Source of the DNA: Bacteroidota bacterium
GTDB lineage: Bacteria > Bacteroidota > Bacteroidia > Bacteroidales > FEN-979
Length of the DNA: 64,000 bases
Assembly (NCBI GenBank): GCA_037138335.1
Contig: JBAXIO010000009.1
Span: forward strand, 2,531 to 66,530
Direction: 5' to 3'
The position numbers and the translations under genes were made by a program. Of the stretch, positions 38,048 to 46,979 are shown piece by piece (position 1 is the first letter of the stretch; the number at the start of each line of letters is the position of its first letter). Under the pieces are notes generated by a model that had not been told where the DNA came from, did not search any database, and saw only the letters and a list, made by a program, of their open reading frames with translations.

Positions 38048-38599
38048 TTACTTTACTACGGTGTAGGAAATGGCTTCGATAGAATAGAAAGAAAGATGGT
38101 CTTTGCCGCTTTTCTTCAGGTCGTCACGGAGGGAGTTGATGTTATCCAGGGTTTCTTTGGTCCCCTGGTCTTCATGGCCTTTGGCCCCCGAATGTATCCC
38201 GGTCTCATGGTTTTCTGCCGGTTTTTTCACTTCGGCTTCCCATTCGTTGAGATACTTGGCATCAACCTTTTCTTCTTTCAGGACTCCGAGCACATTAACC
38301 CGGCTGCCGATGAGGCTTTCGTCGAATTTTGCAATGTTTGCCCCGGTGGTAACCTCAACCCTTATGCTATCTGTTCCGTCGACCAGGAACATGCGCTTTC
38401 CTCCGTGCTTGCAGGTATGCAGAACAGTGCCTGAGATACGTACAGGTTTCTCAACGTATTTTCCAGCTGAATCGATGAAAGATTTAACGGCCATTGTTGC
38501 CGTATCGGCTTTTTTTACTTCAGCCGTTTTAGTCCCTATATTGCAGGAGGCCAGCAGGAACAGGCATGGGATAATAAGAAAGAAGAATTTCTTCGTCAT
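38048..38599 (-). CDS. Lipoprotein of unknown function (His/Glu-rich C-terminal half)
   Basis: Lipobox LFLLASC. Central beta-rich segment VRISGTVLHTCKHGGKRMFLVDGTDSIRVEV...RVNVLGVLKE. Tail ENHETGIHSGAKGHEDQG. Its stop is 1 nt from the PepSY_TM start. Confidence 0.6.
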   Translation of the reverse strand: MTKKFFFLIIPCLFLLASCNIGTKTAEVKKADTATMAVKSFIDSAGKYVEKPVRISGTVLHTCKHGGKRMFLVDGTDSIRVEVTTGANIAKFDESLIGSRVNVLGVLKEEKVDAKYLNEWEAEVKKPAENHETGIHSGAKGHEDQGTKETLDNINSLRDDLKKSGKDHLSFYSIEAISYTVVK

Positions 38600-38721
38600 G
38601 GTTTCGTTATTAAAGTTCGGTACAAAATTGCTGTTTATTTGGCAGAAATCAAAATCTTGCCGTACTTTCGCCGCCTGTATTGCGATTCGCGCTATCCGCA
38701 GTCAAACCAAAACAAACCTTC

Positions 38722-39741
38722 ATGATTTTAGTTACAGGAGGGACCGGGCTTCTGGGGTCCCATTTACTGTTTGACCTTGTAAGTTCAGGGAAATCAGTTC
38801 GGGCCATCAAACGTGAAACAAGCAATACCGCTGCAGTTAAAAAAGTATTCTCATATTATTCCGCTAATGCGGATGAGCTTTTCGGGAAGATCGAATGGGT
38901 GGATGCCGATATCATGGATTTCCCGGCCATGGACGATGCGTTGGAAGGCGTTGACTATGTGTATCATGCAGGTGCAGTGGTTTCCTTTTATCCAAGGGAC
39001 CACAAAGCCATGCTCAGGGTCAATATAGAAGGAACAGCAAACCTTGTTAACTTATGTATTGAAAGGAAAATAAGGAAGTTTTGTTACGTGAGTTCAGTAG
39101 CCGTGCTTGGCAGGGCCGTGAATGACGGGGTTTCAGATGAAACAACATACTGGCAGCCGTCTAAAAAGAATTCCGTTTACGGACAAAGCAAGTATGGAGC
39201 CGAGCGGGAGATCTGGAGGGGGATGGAAGAAGGCCTGAATGCCTTTATCATCAACCCTTCCGTTATTCTTGGCCCGGGGTTCTGGGATGGAGGCAATTCG
39301 GGGCTTTTTTCGCTGGTCTGGAAAGGACTTAAATATTATACCCGCGGTGTCAACGGCTATGTGGATGTAAGGGATGTCGCCAGGGCTATGATACAGTTGA
39401 TGGAAAGTGACATATCAAAAGAACGCTTTATCGTTTCTTCCGAGAATTGTTCCTACAAGCAGGTATTTGATCATATGGCAAAATATCTTGGCAAGCCGGC
39501 TCCTTCAATTAACGTTCCCAATGCCATGACCGGGCTTGCTTGGAGGGTTGAGGCGGTTCTCAGTTTCATAATGAGGAGGCTGCCCGAGGTCACCAAAGAA
39601 ATGGCTACCACGACTACCATGGTGTATACTTATACAAACGAAAAAATAAAAAAAGCAATTGGTTTTGAGTTCAAACCTGTTGAGCATTCCATTAAGGAAA
39701 TTTCAGAGATTTTCCTGAAGGACCATTTGAACAATCAATAA
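38722..39741 (+). CDS. NAD-dependent epimerase/dehydratase (extended SDR) family protein
   Basis: ATG at 38722 gives MILVTGGTGLLGSHL (Rossmann). Catalytic YGQSK. About 339 aa. Confidence 0.85.
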   Translation: MILVTGGTGLLGSHLLFDLVSSGKSVRAIKRETSNTAAVKKVFSYYSANADELFGKIEWVDADIMDFPAMDDALEGVDYVYHAGAVVSFYPRDHKAMLRVNIEGTANLVNLCIERKIRKFCYVSSVAVLGRAVNDGVSDETTYWQPSKKNSVYGQSKYGAEREIWRGMEEGLNAFIINPSVILGPGFWDGGNSGLFSLVWKGLKYYTRGVNGYVDVRDVARAMIQLMESDISKERFIVSSENCSYKQVFDHMAKYLGKPAPSINVPNAMTGLAWRVEAVLSFIMRRLPEVTKEMATTTTMVYTYTNEKIKKAIGFEFKPVEHSIKEISEIFLKDHLNNQ

Positions 39742-39759
39742 CCTGGTAACGAAGCTACT

Positions 39760-39829
39760 CATGGCTGTTGGCTCATGGCTCATCACTCATGGCCCATCAC
39801 TTATCACTCATCACTCATCACTCATGGCT
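39760..39829. repeat. Ten tandem degenerate heptamers filling the spacer between two convergent stop codons
   Basis: CATGGCT GTTGGCT CATGGCT CATCACT CATGGCC CATCACT TATCACT CATCACT CATCACT CATGGCT. Bounded by the stops at 39739-41 (+) and 39830-32 (-). Confidence 0.9.
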
Positions 39830-41242
39830 TCATTGCGGTATATTATTCCTGTAATGGTAATACCTGTTTATGATATCGTCAACAAACCCTTCTTCGGTAT
39901 AATCGGCCGAATAGTCCCCAACGGTATCATCCTTTGCATACGGATCTTTTTTTGATCGCCTGAGCAGGTAATACTCAACGTTCCTGTCCCAGCGGTTTGG
40001 ATCCTTGCCAAACTTCTTTGCTTTTTCCCTGGCCAGAAGAACCCGGCCGATACCTACGTTATATGAAGCAAGGATAAATTTGATGCGGTCTTTAGGGTTT
40101 GTAATCTCATCGGGAAGCTGCTCGTCGAGATGCCTGAGGTAGCGAACGCCGGCTGCAAGCTGCTGTACCGGGGTGGCAATGCTGTCCATCCCCATTTTAA
40201 CAGCGGTTTCAGGCATGAGCTGCATAAGCCCGGAAGCGCTTTTAGAAGAAACCTGCCCCATCCTGAAATTTGATTCCTCATAAACCAGGGAAGCAAGCAG
40301 CCTCCAGTCCCAGTGAATTTTCAGGCTTAGCTCCCTGAGTTCTTTATCAAAAGGTGATAGCTGGTCTCCCCTGAGGGTAACATAATCGCTTCTCATATTG
40401 GTTACGATCTTCTGGTTGGCGAAATAATCGAGATATGTTTTTTTAAACTCCCCCGAGCGTTTCGATTCGGCCAGCCATTCGTCGAGTTTCATCAGTAAGG
40501 TATCGGAATTGTGATTCACCCCCCAGGCATAGGCGTAAAGGGGAAAGACCACGAGCGAAGCATCCAGGTTCATATAATACCGCTTATACACCATAGCCGT
40601 GTTTTCAGGGCAAAGCAGGTAGTTTATTTTCCCTTCGGCTACATTCCTTATAAGGCCTTCCTGCGAAATATCAGGTTCTTCAATAAGGGTGGGGCGCCTG
40701 GCAGTCTGTTTCAGGAAAGAGCGGTAATAGGGCGACATGAATTCGTTCCGCCTTGCATGAACGGTATCACTTTTTGTAATGTCGTCGAGGGTTTTAATGA
40801 ATTTCGGGCTGTGGTTTTTGCGCTGTAGCAGGATGAGCCTGGTTTCCCCCATAATTTTTGTATAATGGACCATTCTCCTTCCTTCCGATGAGACCGGGAG
40901 GTTCAGGGCGATCACATCCGCCACATTATAATAAAGATAGTAATACAGCTTTGAAATATCCTCGGAGGCAATGATCCTGAGAGGAACTCCAAGATAATCG
41001 GAAAAGGACTTCAGAAGTTCGAGCTGGAAACCGGCGGGCTCGCCACGGTAAAGGAAATAATTCAGGGTGTTGCGGTCGGTAAGCGCAAGAAGGTAACCCC
41101 TTTCGCGTATCCGCCTGATGGCATCTTTCTGTTCCTCTTCATGGTAATAGATCTTATGGGTAATGTAAACAGCAATACCGATGAGGGCCACCCCCATAAG
41201 GACGGTCCTGAACCTTCGAAAGAAATTACTTACTTTGGTCAA
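39830..41242 (-). CDS. MltF-like lytic transglycosylase (solute-binding-protein-like domain + SLT domain)
   Basis: N-terminal TM anchor, SBP_bac_3-like region, and the SLT catalytic block LVYEESNFRMGQVSSKSASGLMQLMPETA. Confidence 0.85.
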   Translation of the reverse strand: MTKVSNFFRRFRTVLMGVALIGIAVYITHKIYYHEEEQKDAIRRIRERGYLLALTDRNTLNYFLYRGEPAGFQLELLKSFSDYLGVPLRIIASEDISKLYYYLYYNVADVIALNLPVSSEGRRMVHYTKIMGETRLILLQRKNHSPKFIKTLDDITKSDTVHARRNEFMSPYYRSFLKQTARRPTLIEEPDISQEGLIRNVAEGKINYLLCPENTAMVYKRYYMNLDASLVVFPLYAYAWGVNHNSDTLLMKLDEWLAESKRSGEFKKTYLDYFANQKIVTNMRSDYVTLRGDQLSPFDKELRELSLKIHWDWRLLASLVYEESNFRMGQVSSKSASGLMQLMPETAVKMGMDSIATPVQQLAAGVRYLRHLDEQLPDEITNPKDRIKFILASYNVGIGRVLLAREKAKKFGKDPNRWDRNVEYYLLRRSKKDPYAKDDTVGDYSADYTEEGFVDDIINRYYHYRNNIPQ

Positions 41243-41249
41243 TATATTA

Positions 41250-42368
41250 TTATGCTACTTTCCTGTATCTCCATACGGCCAGGCCCGACATCATGATGGC
41301 AAAAACGACCAGTGACCAGAAATGCGGGCTGATATCGGCAAATGTGGAGCCTTTCAACAGTACCATCCTCATGATCTTGATGAAATACATCAGGGGGTTC
41401 AGCCTGTCGATCTGTTGTGCCCAGCCGGGCATGCTTTCAATAGAGGTGAACAACCCGCTCATCAATATAAATACCACCAGGAAAAAGAACGTCACAAGCA
41501 TAGATTGCTGTTGGGTGTTTGTAATAGTTGACACCAGCAATCCTATCGACAAAATTACAAAAAGATATACTCCCCCCGACAGGAAGATGAGCCAGAGGCT
41601 TCCAACCAACGGAATATCAAATACTAACTTGCCAATGGAAAGTCCGAATGCAAGTTCAAAAAGGGCAATGATCCAGAACGGCGCAAGCTTTCCCGCTATA
41701 AACTGGATTTTATGGATAGGGGTGACATTGATCTGTTCAATGGTACCTATTTCTTTTTCCCGCACAATGTTCATGCCCGAAAGCAACAAGCCTATGATGG
41801 TGACAAGCAGTACAAGTATGCCCGGAACCATGTACGTTTTATAATTCAGCTTGGGGTTATACCAGTAACTGAAGTCGGTTTGTATGTTCTTTAATCCCGC
41901 CATCTGGGCAGGGCTGAGCCAGTCCTGCATCAGCTCACGGTTGAAGTCGATCAGGATAGAGGTGCAGTATCCACTGCTTAGACCGGCGACAGCCTGGTTG
42001 ATGGCATTGATCACAAACTGGACCTTGCTGAGGTTTTCCCTCACCAGCTGCCGCTCGAAGCCGTTGGGTATATTGATGATGACATCCACCTTGCCCTTCT
42101 GCATCTGGTCCATTGCTTCATCATACGAAAACGCAGTCGACACGACCTTATAAAAAGGAGAACCTTCATATTTGCTGATGAGTTTGCGGGATGAAGTACT
42201 CAGGTCCATGTCAACAACCGAAACCCTGATGCTCTTCATTTCGAAAGTGGCTGCATTTACAAGGATAAGGAGCTGGACGATAGGCACAACGAAGATGATG
42301 GGAAGCATGCCTTTGTTCCGGAAGATCTGGAGGAATTCTTTCTGTATTATGAATAGCAGTGTTCTCAT
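41250..42368 (-). CDS. ABC-2 type transporter permease
   Basis: N-terminus LFIIQKEFLQIFRNKGML, a large first periplasmic loop, then 5 TM helices. Paralogue of the adjacent gene. Confidence 0.9.
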   Translation of the reverse strand: MRTLLFIIQKEFLQIFRNKGMLPIIFVVPIVQLLILVNAATFEMKSIRVSVVDMDLSTSSRKLISKYEGSPFYKVVSTAFSYDEAMDQMQKGKVDVIINIPNGFERQLVRENLSKVQFVINAINQAVAGLSSGYCTSILIDFNRELMQDWLSPAQMAGLKNIQTDFSYWYNPKLNYKTYMVPGILVLLVTIIGLLLSGMNIVREKEIGTIEQINVTPIHKIQFIAGKLAPFWIIALFELAFGLSIGKLVFDIPLVGSLWLIFLSGGVYLFVILSIGLLVSTITNTQQQSMLVTFFFLVVFILMSGLFTSIESMPGWAQQIDRLNPLMYFIKIMRMVLLKGSTFADISPHFWSLVVFAIMMSGLAVWRYRKVA

Positions 42369-42379
42369 TTCCGGTTTCT

Positions 42380-43483
42380 TCAGGCAAGCCTGATTTTGAA
42401 TTTTTTAACACTCAGGAAGATAAAAAACAAGGTAAACCCGGCCATGATGCCGGTTTCAATTGCTATATAACGGAAACCGTTTCCCTGCAGCATGATGCTT
42501 TTAATGATCGTAATATAATATTTCGGGGGCATGATATGGCAAAACACCTGCAGTATCCATGGCATATTCTCGACAGGGAAAATAAACCCGCTGAGCAGGA
42601 TGGTAGGCAGCATGAGAGCAACGAGCGACAGCATCATTGCAATTTGCTGGCTGCTGGTAATAGTAGAAATAAGTATCCCCAGTGAAAGGGCCATGCAGAT
42701 ATAAAGAAAGCTTTCAAATAAGAGCAGTCCCACGCTGCCAACCACGGGGACGCCGAAAACCGTATTCCCCAGGATGATGATGATGCAGGCATCGGTAAAG
42801 GCAAGGAAAACATAAGGAAACACCTTCCCGATAATGATCTGGAAGGGTTTCAGTGGTGAAACCAGCAGAAGTTCCATGGTCCCCAGCTCTTTTTCCTTCG
42901 TGATGGAGAGGGAGGTCATAAGGGCGGAGATCAGCATCAGCAGCATCGCCATGAGCCCGGGGACGAACATGTAAACCCCTTTCATCTGCCCGTTATACAT
43001 CATCCTGACTTCCGGTACGATCTGCATGGGAATTTTTTCGGCATTAAGGGAGATGAGGTAATTTGACAGTATCCCCTGCAGGTAGTTTACAAGGATATTG
43101 GCTGTATTGGGATCAGAAGCATCGCCAATGATCTGAACCCTTGCATTCCCCGTTTTGTCAAGGTTTTTGGAGAAATCCGGTCCGAAGACCAGGACCAGCC
43201 GTATATTTCCCTGCCTGAATACCTTTTCTATTTCATTGTAGGATGTAAGGTTTTTATCGAGGATGAAATATCCTGAAGAAAGGACTTTCTCACTGATCCT
43301 GAGCGTGACTTCGTCTTTTGACTGGTCAAGGATTGCGATGCGGGCATCCTTGATCTCATTTGTGATCACGAAACCGAACAGCAACAGCTGAACGGCGGGC
43401 AGGCCGAAAAGGATCAGCAGGGTACGGTAATCCCTGAAGATATGGTAGAATTCCTTAACAACGAAGCCCAGGAAACGTTTCAT
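42380..43483 (-). CDS. ABC-2 type transporter permease
   Basis: N-terminus FLGFVVKEFYHIFRDYRTLL and the same topology as 41250..42368. Confidence 0.9.
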   Translation of the reverse strand: MKRFLGFVVKEFYHIFRDYRTLLILFGLPAVQLLLFGFVITNEIKDARIAILDQSKDEVTLRISEKVLSSGYFILDKNLTSYNEIEKVFRQGNIRLVLVFGPDFSKNLDKTGNARVQIIGDASDPNTANILVNYLQGILSNYLISLNAEKIPMQIVPEVRMMYNGQMKGVYMFVPGLMAMLLMLISALMTSLSITKEKELGTMELLLVSPLKPFQIIIGKVFPYVFLAFTDACIIIILGNTVFGVPVVGSVGLLLFESFLYICMALSLGILISTITSSQQIAMMLSLVALMLPTILLSGFIFPVENMPWILQVFCHIMPPKYYITIIKSIMLQGNGFRYIAIETGIMAGFTLFFIFLSVKKFKIRLA

Positions 43484-43926
43484 TCCGGTTCTTTTTTAAC
43501 GGCCCAGGTATAATAAAACCTGAATGCCGAGATCAGCAGCGGGAATGCCATCCCGATATAAAATGTAAACAGGTATTCACGGTTTATCACATCGAATCTT
43601 CTCAGCAATATGCCCGTTGTGATCATCAGCATCATCATGATGTATGACCTGAAATTAAAAAAGGAAAAGGCGCAGGGATAAGGGATGCTCAGCCCTTTGA
43701 TCCGTTTGATGTGTTTGTGTGCGATCCTGGCAAACAATACGATATAGAAGGGTAAGCCGATTGCGATCCCGATCAGGATATTCAGCCAGAGATGAGGTGA
43801 ATGCTTCATCTCATAATCGAGGCCCCTCCACATCAGGATCCCCCCGGCTGTGGTCCAGGCAAGCCCGGCAATGAAAAGGAGGTTATGCCTGCTTACCGAT
43901 GGTTTTAATTTTTCTTTTAACGACAT
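43480..43926 (-). CDS. Four-TM membrane protein of unknown function embedded in the ABC efflux operon
   Basis: 148 aa with four hydrophobic helices. Its start abuts the upstream ATPase stop (0-nt gap) and its stop overlaps the next permease start (ATGA). Confidence 0.65.
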   Translation of the reverse strand: MSLKEKLKPSVSRHNLLFIAGLAWTTAGGILMWRGLDYEMKHSPHLWLNILIGIAIGLPFYIVLFARIAHKHIKRIKGLSIPYPCAFSFFNFRSYIMMMLMITTGILLRRFDVINREYLFTFYIGMAFPLLISAFRFYYTWAVKKEPE

Positions 43927-44673
43927 CTATTTGACTTTTACTCTTGCGAGTTTTAAAAACACTTCATTCATGGAGCCTGCCCCGTAGTATTTCTTAAGGT
44001 TGTCGGGAGTATCGAGGGCGGCAATCCTGCCGTCGACCATGATGGAAACCCTGTCGCAGTATTCCGCCTCGTCCATATAATGTGTTGTAACAAAGATGGT
44101 TATGCCTTCACGTGATGTTTCAAAGATCATGTCCCAAAACTGCCGTCTTGTTACAGGATCTACACCTCCTGTGGGCTCATCGAGGAATACTATCTTGGGG
44201 TTATGAATGACTGCAACTGAAAATGCCAGCTTCTGTTTCCAGCCAAGGGGTATACTGCGGATGAGTTTGTCCCTGGCCTCTTTCATGTCGAGTTTCTGCA
44301 TCAGGTTCGCAGCCCTTTCTTCAATTTCTTTTCGCCTGAGGCCATAAATCCCCGCATAGAACCTGATGTTCTCAAATACTGTGAGATCATCATACAAAGA
44401 GAACTTCTGGCTCATATACCCGATATTCCTTTTGATCTTTTCCCTTTCTTTGTAGATGTCGAATCCCCCTACGTTAAGTTTACCTGATGTGGGATAGGAG
44501 AGTCCGCATAAGATCTTGATTGCCGTGGTCTTGCCGGCGCCGTTCGCTCCCAGGAAGCCGAATATCTCGCCTTTTTTCACCTCGAAACTCAGGTGGTCAT
44601 TGGCGGTGAAGGACCCGAATTTTTTAACCAGGTCCTTTACAACGATTATATTTTCGGCCTGAGGATTATACAT
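43927..44673 (-). CDS. ABC transporter ATP-binding protein (second ATPase)
   Basis: Walker A GANGAGKTT, signature not canonical, Walker B VFLDEPTGGVD, H-loop TTHYMDE. Start chosen at M11 (MYNPQAEN), which overlaps the upstream stop as TGATG. Confidence 0.9.
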   Translation of the reverse strand: MYNPQAENIIVVKDLVKKFGSFTANDHLSFEVKKGEIFGFLGANGAGKTTAIKILCGLSYPTSGKLNVGGFDIYKEREKIKRNIGYMSQKFSLYDDLTVFENIRFYAGIYGLRRKEIEERAANLMQKLDMKEARDKLIRSIPLGWKQKLAFSVAVIHNPKIVFLDEPTGGVDPVTRRQFWDMIFETSREGITIFVTTHYMDEAEYCDRVSIMVDGRIAALDTPDNLKKYYGAGSMNEVFLKLARVKVK

Positions 44674-45584
44674 CACGTTTTTATCATCAGTTCCATGAAA
44701 CAATCCTCGATATTGGCTTCGGCGGGGCTGATTTTAATACCCGAATGGCCTTTGCCCTGCAAATATTCTGAAAGTAACTTTTCGCCTATCCCCCGGTCTT
44801 TAAATGAAACATGTGCCGACTGCCCAAAGGCAAATACCGTATGGACCCCCGGGAAAGTTTTCAGGTCGTTGAGCAGGGTGAAAATATCATCCGCCTTAAC
44901 TGAAAAAAGGCTCCAGGGATAAGTTTTTATGACTTCGGATGGTGTGCTGATAGCCATAATCTTTCCGTCCTGGATCAGGGCTACACGGTCACACAAACTG
45001 GCTTCATCCATGTAAGGTGTTGCAACAACTATGGTGATGCCGCTGTTTTTCAGCCGTTTAAGTATTTCCCAGAATTCAAGCCTTGAAACGGCGTCAACAC
45101 CGGTGGTGGGTTCATCCAGTATCAGAACAGAAGGTTTATGGATGAGGGCGCAGGATAATGCCAGCTTCTGTTTCATCCCTCCCGAAAGTTTGCCGGCCTT
45201 TCGTTTCTTAAAGGGCTCGATCTGGCTGTAGATCTCCCTGATAAGCTCATAATTTTCGGCAACGGTTGTGCCGAAGACGGTAGCATAGAAATTCAGGTTT
45301 TCCTCAACACTGAGGTCCGTGTATAGCGAAAACCTGCCGGGCATGTAGCCGATATCCTGCCTTATTTTCCGGTAGTCTTTCACCACATCCAGCCCGTTTA
45401 CCTTTGCAGTCCCCATATCGGGAACCAGCAGGGTGGTGAGTATGCGGAACAAGGTTGTTTTACCTGAGCCATCAGGACCTATAAAGCCAAACAATTCAGC
45501 CTTGCCTACGCTGAATGAAATATCATCCAGGGCTTTGACCTTGCTGAAGTGTTTGGCGAGATGTTCGACTACGATGGCAGGCAT
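44673..45584 (-). CDS. ABC transporter ATP-binding protein (first ATPase)
   Basis: Walker A GPDGSGKTT, signature LSGGMKQK, Walker B LILDEPTTGVD, H-loop ATPYMDE. Confidence 0.92.
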   Translation of the reverse strand: MPAIVVEHLAKHFSKVKALDDISFSVGKAELFGFIGPDGSGKTTLFRILTTLLVPDMGTAKVNGLDVVKDYRKIRQDIGYMPGRFSLYTDLSVEENLNFYATVFGTTVAENYELIREIYSQIEPFKKRKAGKLSGGMKQKLALSCALIHKPSVLILDEPTTGVDAVSRLEFWEILKRLKNSGITIVVATPYMDEASLCDRVALIQDGKIMAISTPSEVIKTYPWSLFSVKADDIFTLLNDLKTFPGVHTVFAFGQSAHVSFKDRGIGEKLLSEYLQGKGHSGIKISPAEANIEDCFMELMIKT

Positions 45585-45587
45585 GGT

Positions 45588-46049
45588 TTACTGCATGAAT
45601 GATTTTGTCCAGAAAGTATTCCTGCCCAACAGGGAAACACCGATATAACCCCTGATCTTTAGTTTGTTGGCTGATTCGAACTGGATATAGCACTTGTATG
45701 TCTTCCCGTTTTTGGGATCGTAAATTGTTCCCCCCGACCATTCAGCTTTCCCGTCAAAGTTGAAGTTTTTAAGATTGACCAGCCCGATCAGAGGGGCTGA
45801 TTTCAGCTTTGCGTCGGGATTCTCTTTATCGGTACGAGGCAGCCCCGTGATTGAGTCAAGGGGTGTCCTTAACCATACAAGTTTGCCGAAATACTTATCT
45901 CCTTCCTTGTAAATAGTGACCTTGCCGGTTGCTTCCTGGTTCAGCCAGGTACCCACGATGTCATCGGGTTTATGGGCCTGGGACCATCCCTGCATAGCCG
46001 GAGCCAGCAGCAGAAATAATACTACTGAAGTAGTGATGATGTTTCTCAT
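45588..46049 (-). CDS. DUF2147-like periplasmic protein
   Basis: Signal peptide. GTWLNQEATGKVTIYKEGDKYFGKLVWL and GGTIYDPKNGKTYKCYI...LKIRGYIG..LLGRN.FWTK match my memory of the DUF2147 pattern. Confidence 0.7.
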   Translation of the reverse strand: MRNIITTSVVLFLLLAPAMQGWSQAHKPDDIVGTWLNQEATGKVTIYKEGDKYFGKLVWLRTPLDSITGLPRTDKENPDAKLKSAPLIGLVNLKNFNFDGKAEWSGGTIYDPKNGKTYKCYIQFESANKLKIRGYIGVSLLGRNTFWTKSFMQ

Positions 46050-46052
46050 AAT

Positions 46053-46955
46053 TTATGGTTTTTGGTTTGGTGTGTTCATGAATCTTATTTCACCCGGCAT
46101 GCCGATCTTCATGGAGCCGTCATTCTTAATCCTGACTTTCACGGCGTATACCAGGTTTACTCTTTCTTCCTTGGTCTGAATTGTTTTGGGTGTGAATTCG
46201 GCTGAAGGGGATACCCAGGAAACGACTCCCTGTACATGGGTATTGGTCTTCTCGTCTTTATCATATGCAACGTCGATCAGCGAACCCAGTTTGATACTGG
46301 GAAGCTGTGATCCGCCTACATAAGCCCTGAGGGTAATTTCAGAAAGGTCGGCGATCTTATACAAAGGCTTACCGTAAGTTGCAACCTCGTCTTTTTCGGC
46401 ATATTTAGTAAGAACGGTGCCTTTGAGCGGGTTGATGATCTTCGAACGTTTGATCGACTCGTCAAGCTGGGCGATCTGCTGGCCGATCGATCCGACCTGG
46501 CTGGAAATTCCTCCAAACTGTATTTTAAGGGAAGCAACCTGTTTGTCAATCATGTTAAGGCTGGCGTTGATGTCGTCCATTTGTTTCTGGGTTGCCGCAC
46601 CGTCTTTAAGAAGGCGTTCAACCCTGTTCTTTTCAATCAGCACATTTTGGCGGTTTTGTTCCTGAACGGCAATCTGGGATGTTACATCATCCTTCCTCGA
46701 GGCCGTGGCATCCCGGGTTTCAACAGCCTGTTTTCTTTTAAGCCACAGATCGGTGGTATCTATACAGCCAACCATTTTCCCTGAATCGAGGACCTGTCCT
46801 TCTTCAATGTCGAACTTCAGGATCTGGCCGGTTGCGAGGGAGGAGACCATCACTTCCGTGGCTTCGAATGTGCCGTAGGCATCAGGTTTGTTTTTATCGT
46901 TACTGCAGGATGCGAGGGCAATCCCTGCTAACAGTACAAGAAGAAAGCGTTTCAT
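46053..46955 (-). CDS. HlyD-family periplasmic adaptor (membrane fusion) lipoprotein
   Basis: Lipobox GIALASC, a coiled-coil hairpin region, and beta-barrel blocks (VQGVVSWVSPSAEFTPK). Confidence 0.88.
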   Translation of the reverse strand: MKRFLLVLLAGIALASCSNDKNKPDAYGTFEATEVMVSSLATGQILKFDIEEGQVLDSGKMVGCIDTTDLWLKRKQAVETRDATASRKDDVTSQIAVQEQNRQNVLIEKNRVERLLKDGAATQKQMDDINASLNMIDKQVASLKIQFGGISSQVGSIGQQIAQLDESIKRSKIINPLKGTVLTKYAEKDEVATYGKPLYKIADLSEITLRAYVGGSQLPSIKLGSLIDVAYDKDEKTNTHVQGVVSWVSPSAEFTPKTIQTKEERVNLVYAVKVRIKNDGSMKIGMPGEIRFMNTPNQKP

Positions 46956-46979
46956 CGGCTTAGGTGTTACTGATTAAAA

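Noticed and set aside
39760-39829. Whether any of the short tandem arrays could be a miniature CRISPR array.
   Set aside because: The units are 7-10 nt and directly abutting, with no spacers. There are no cas genes and no leader.
39761-39955. 64-aa ORF MAVGSWLITHGPSLITHHSSLMAS...
   Set aside because: It is produced by translating the heptamer array and then the antisense strand of the MltF-like gene, so it is a repeat artefact.
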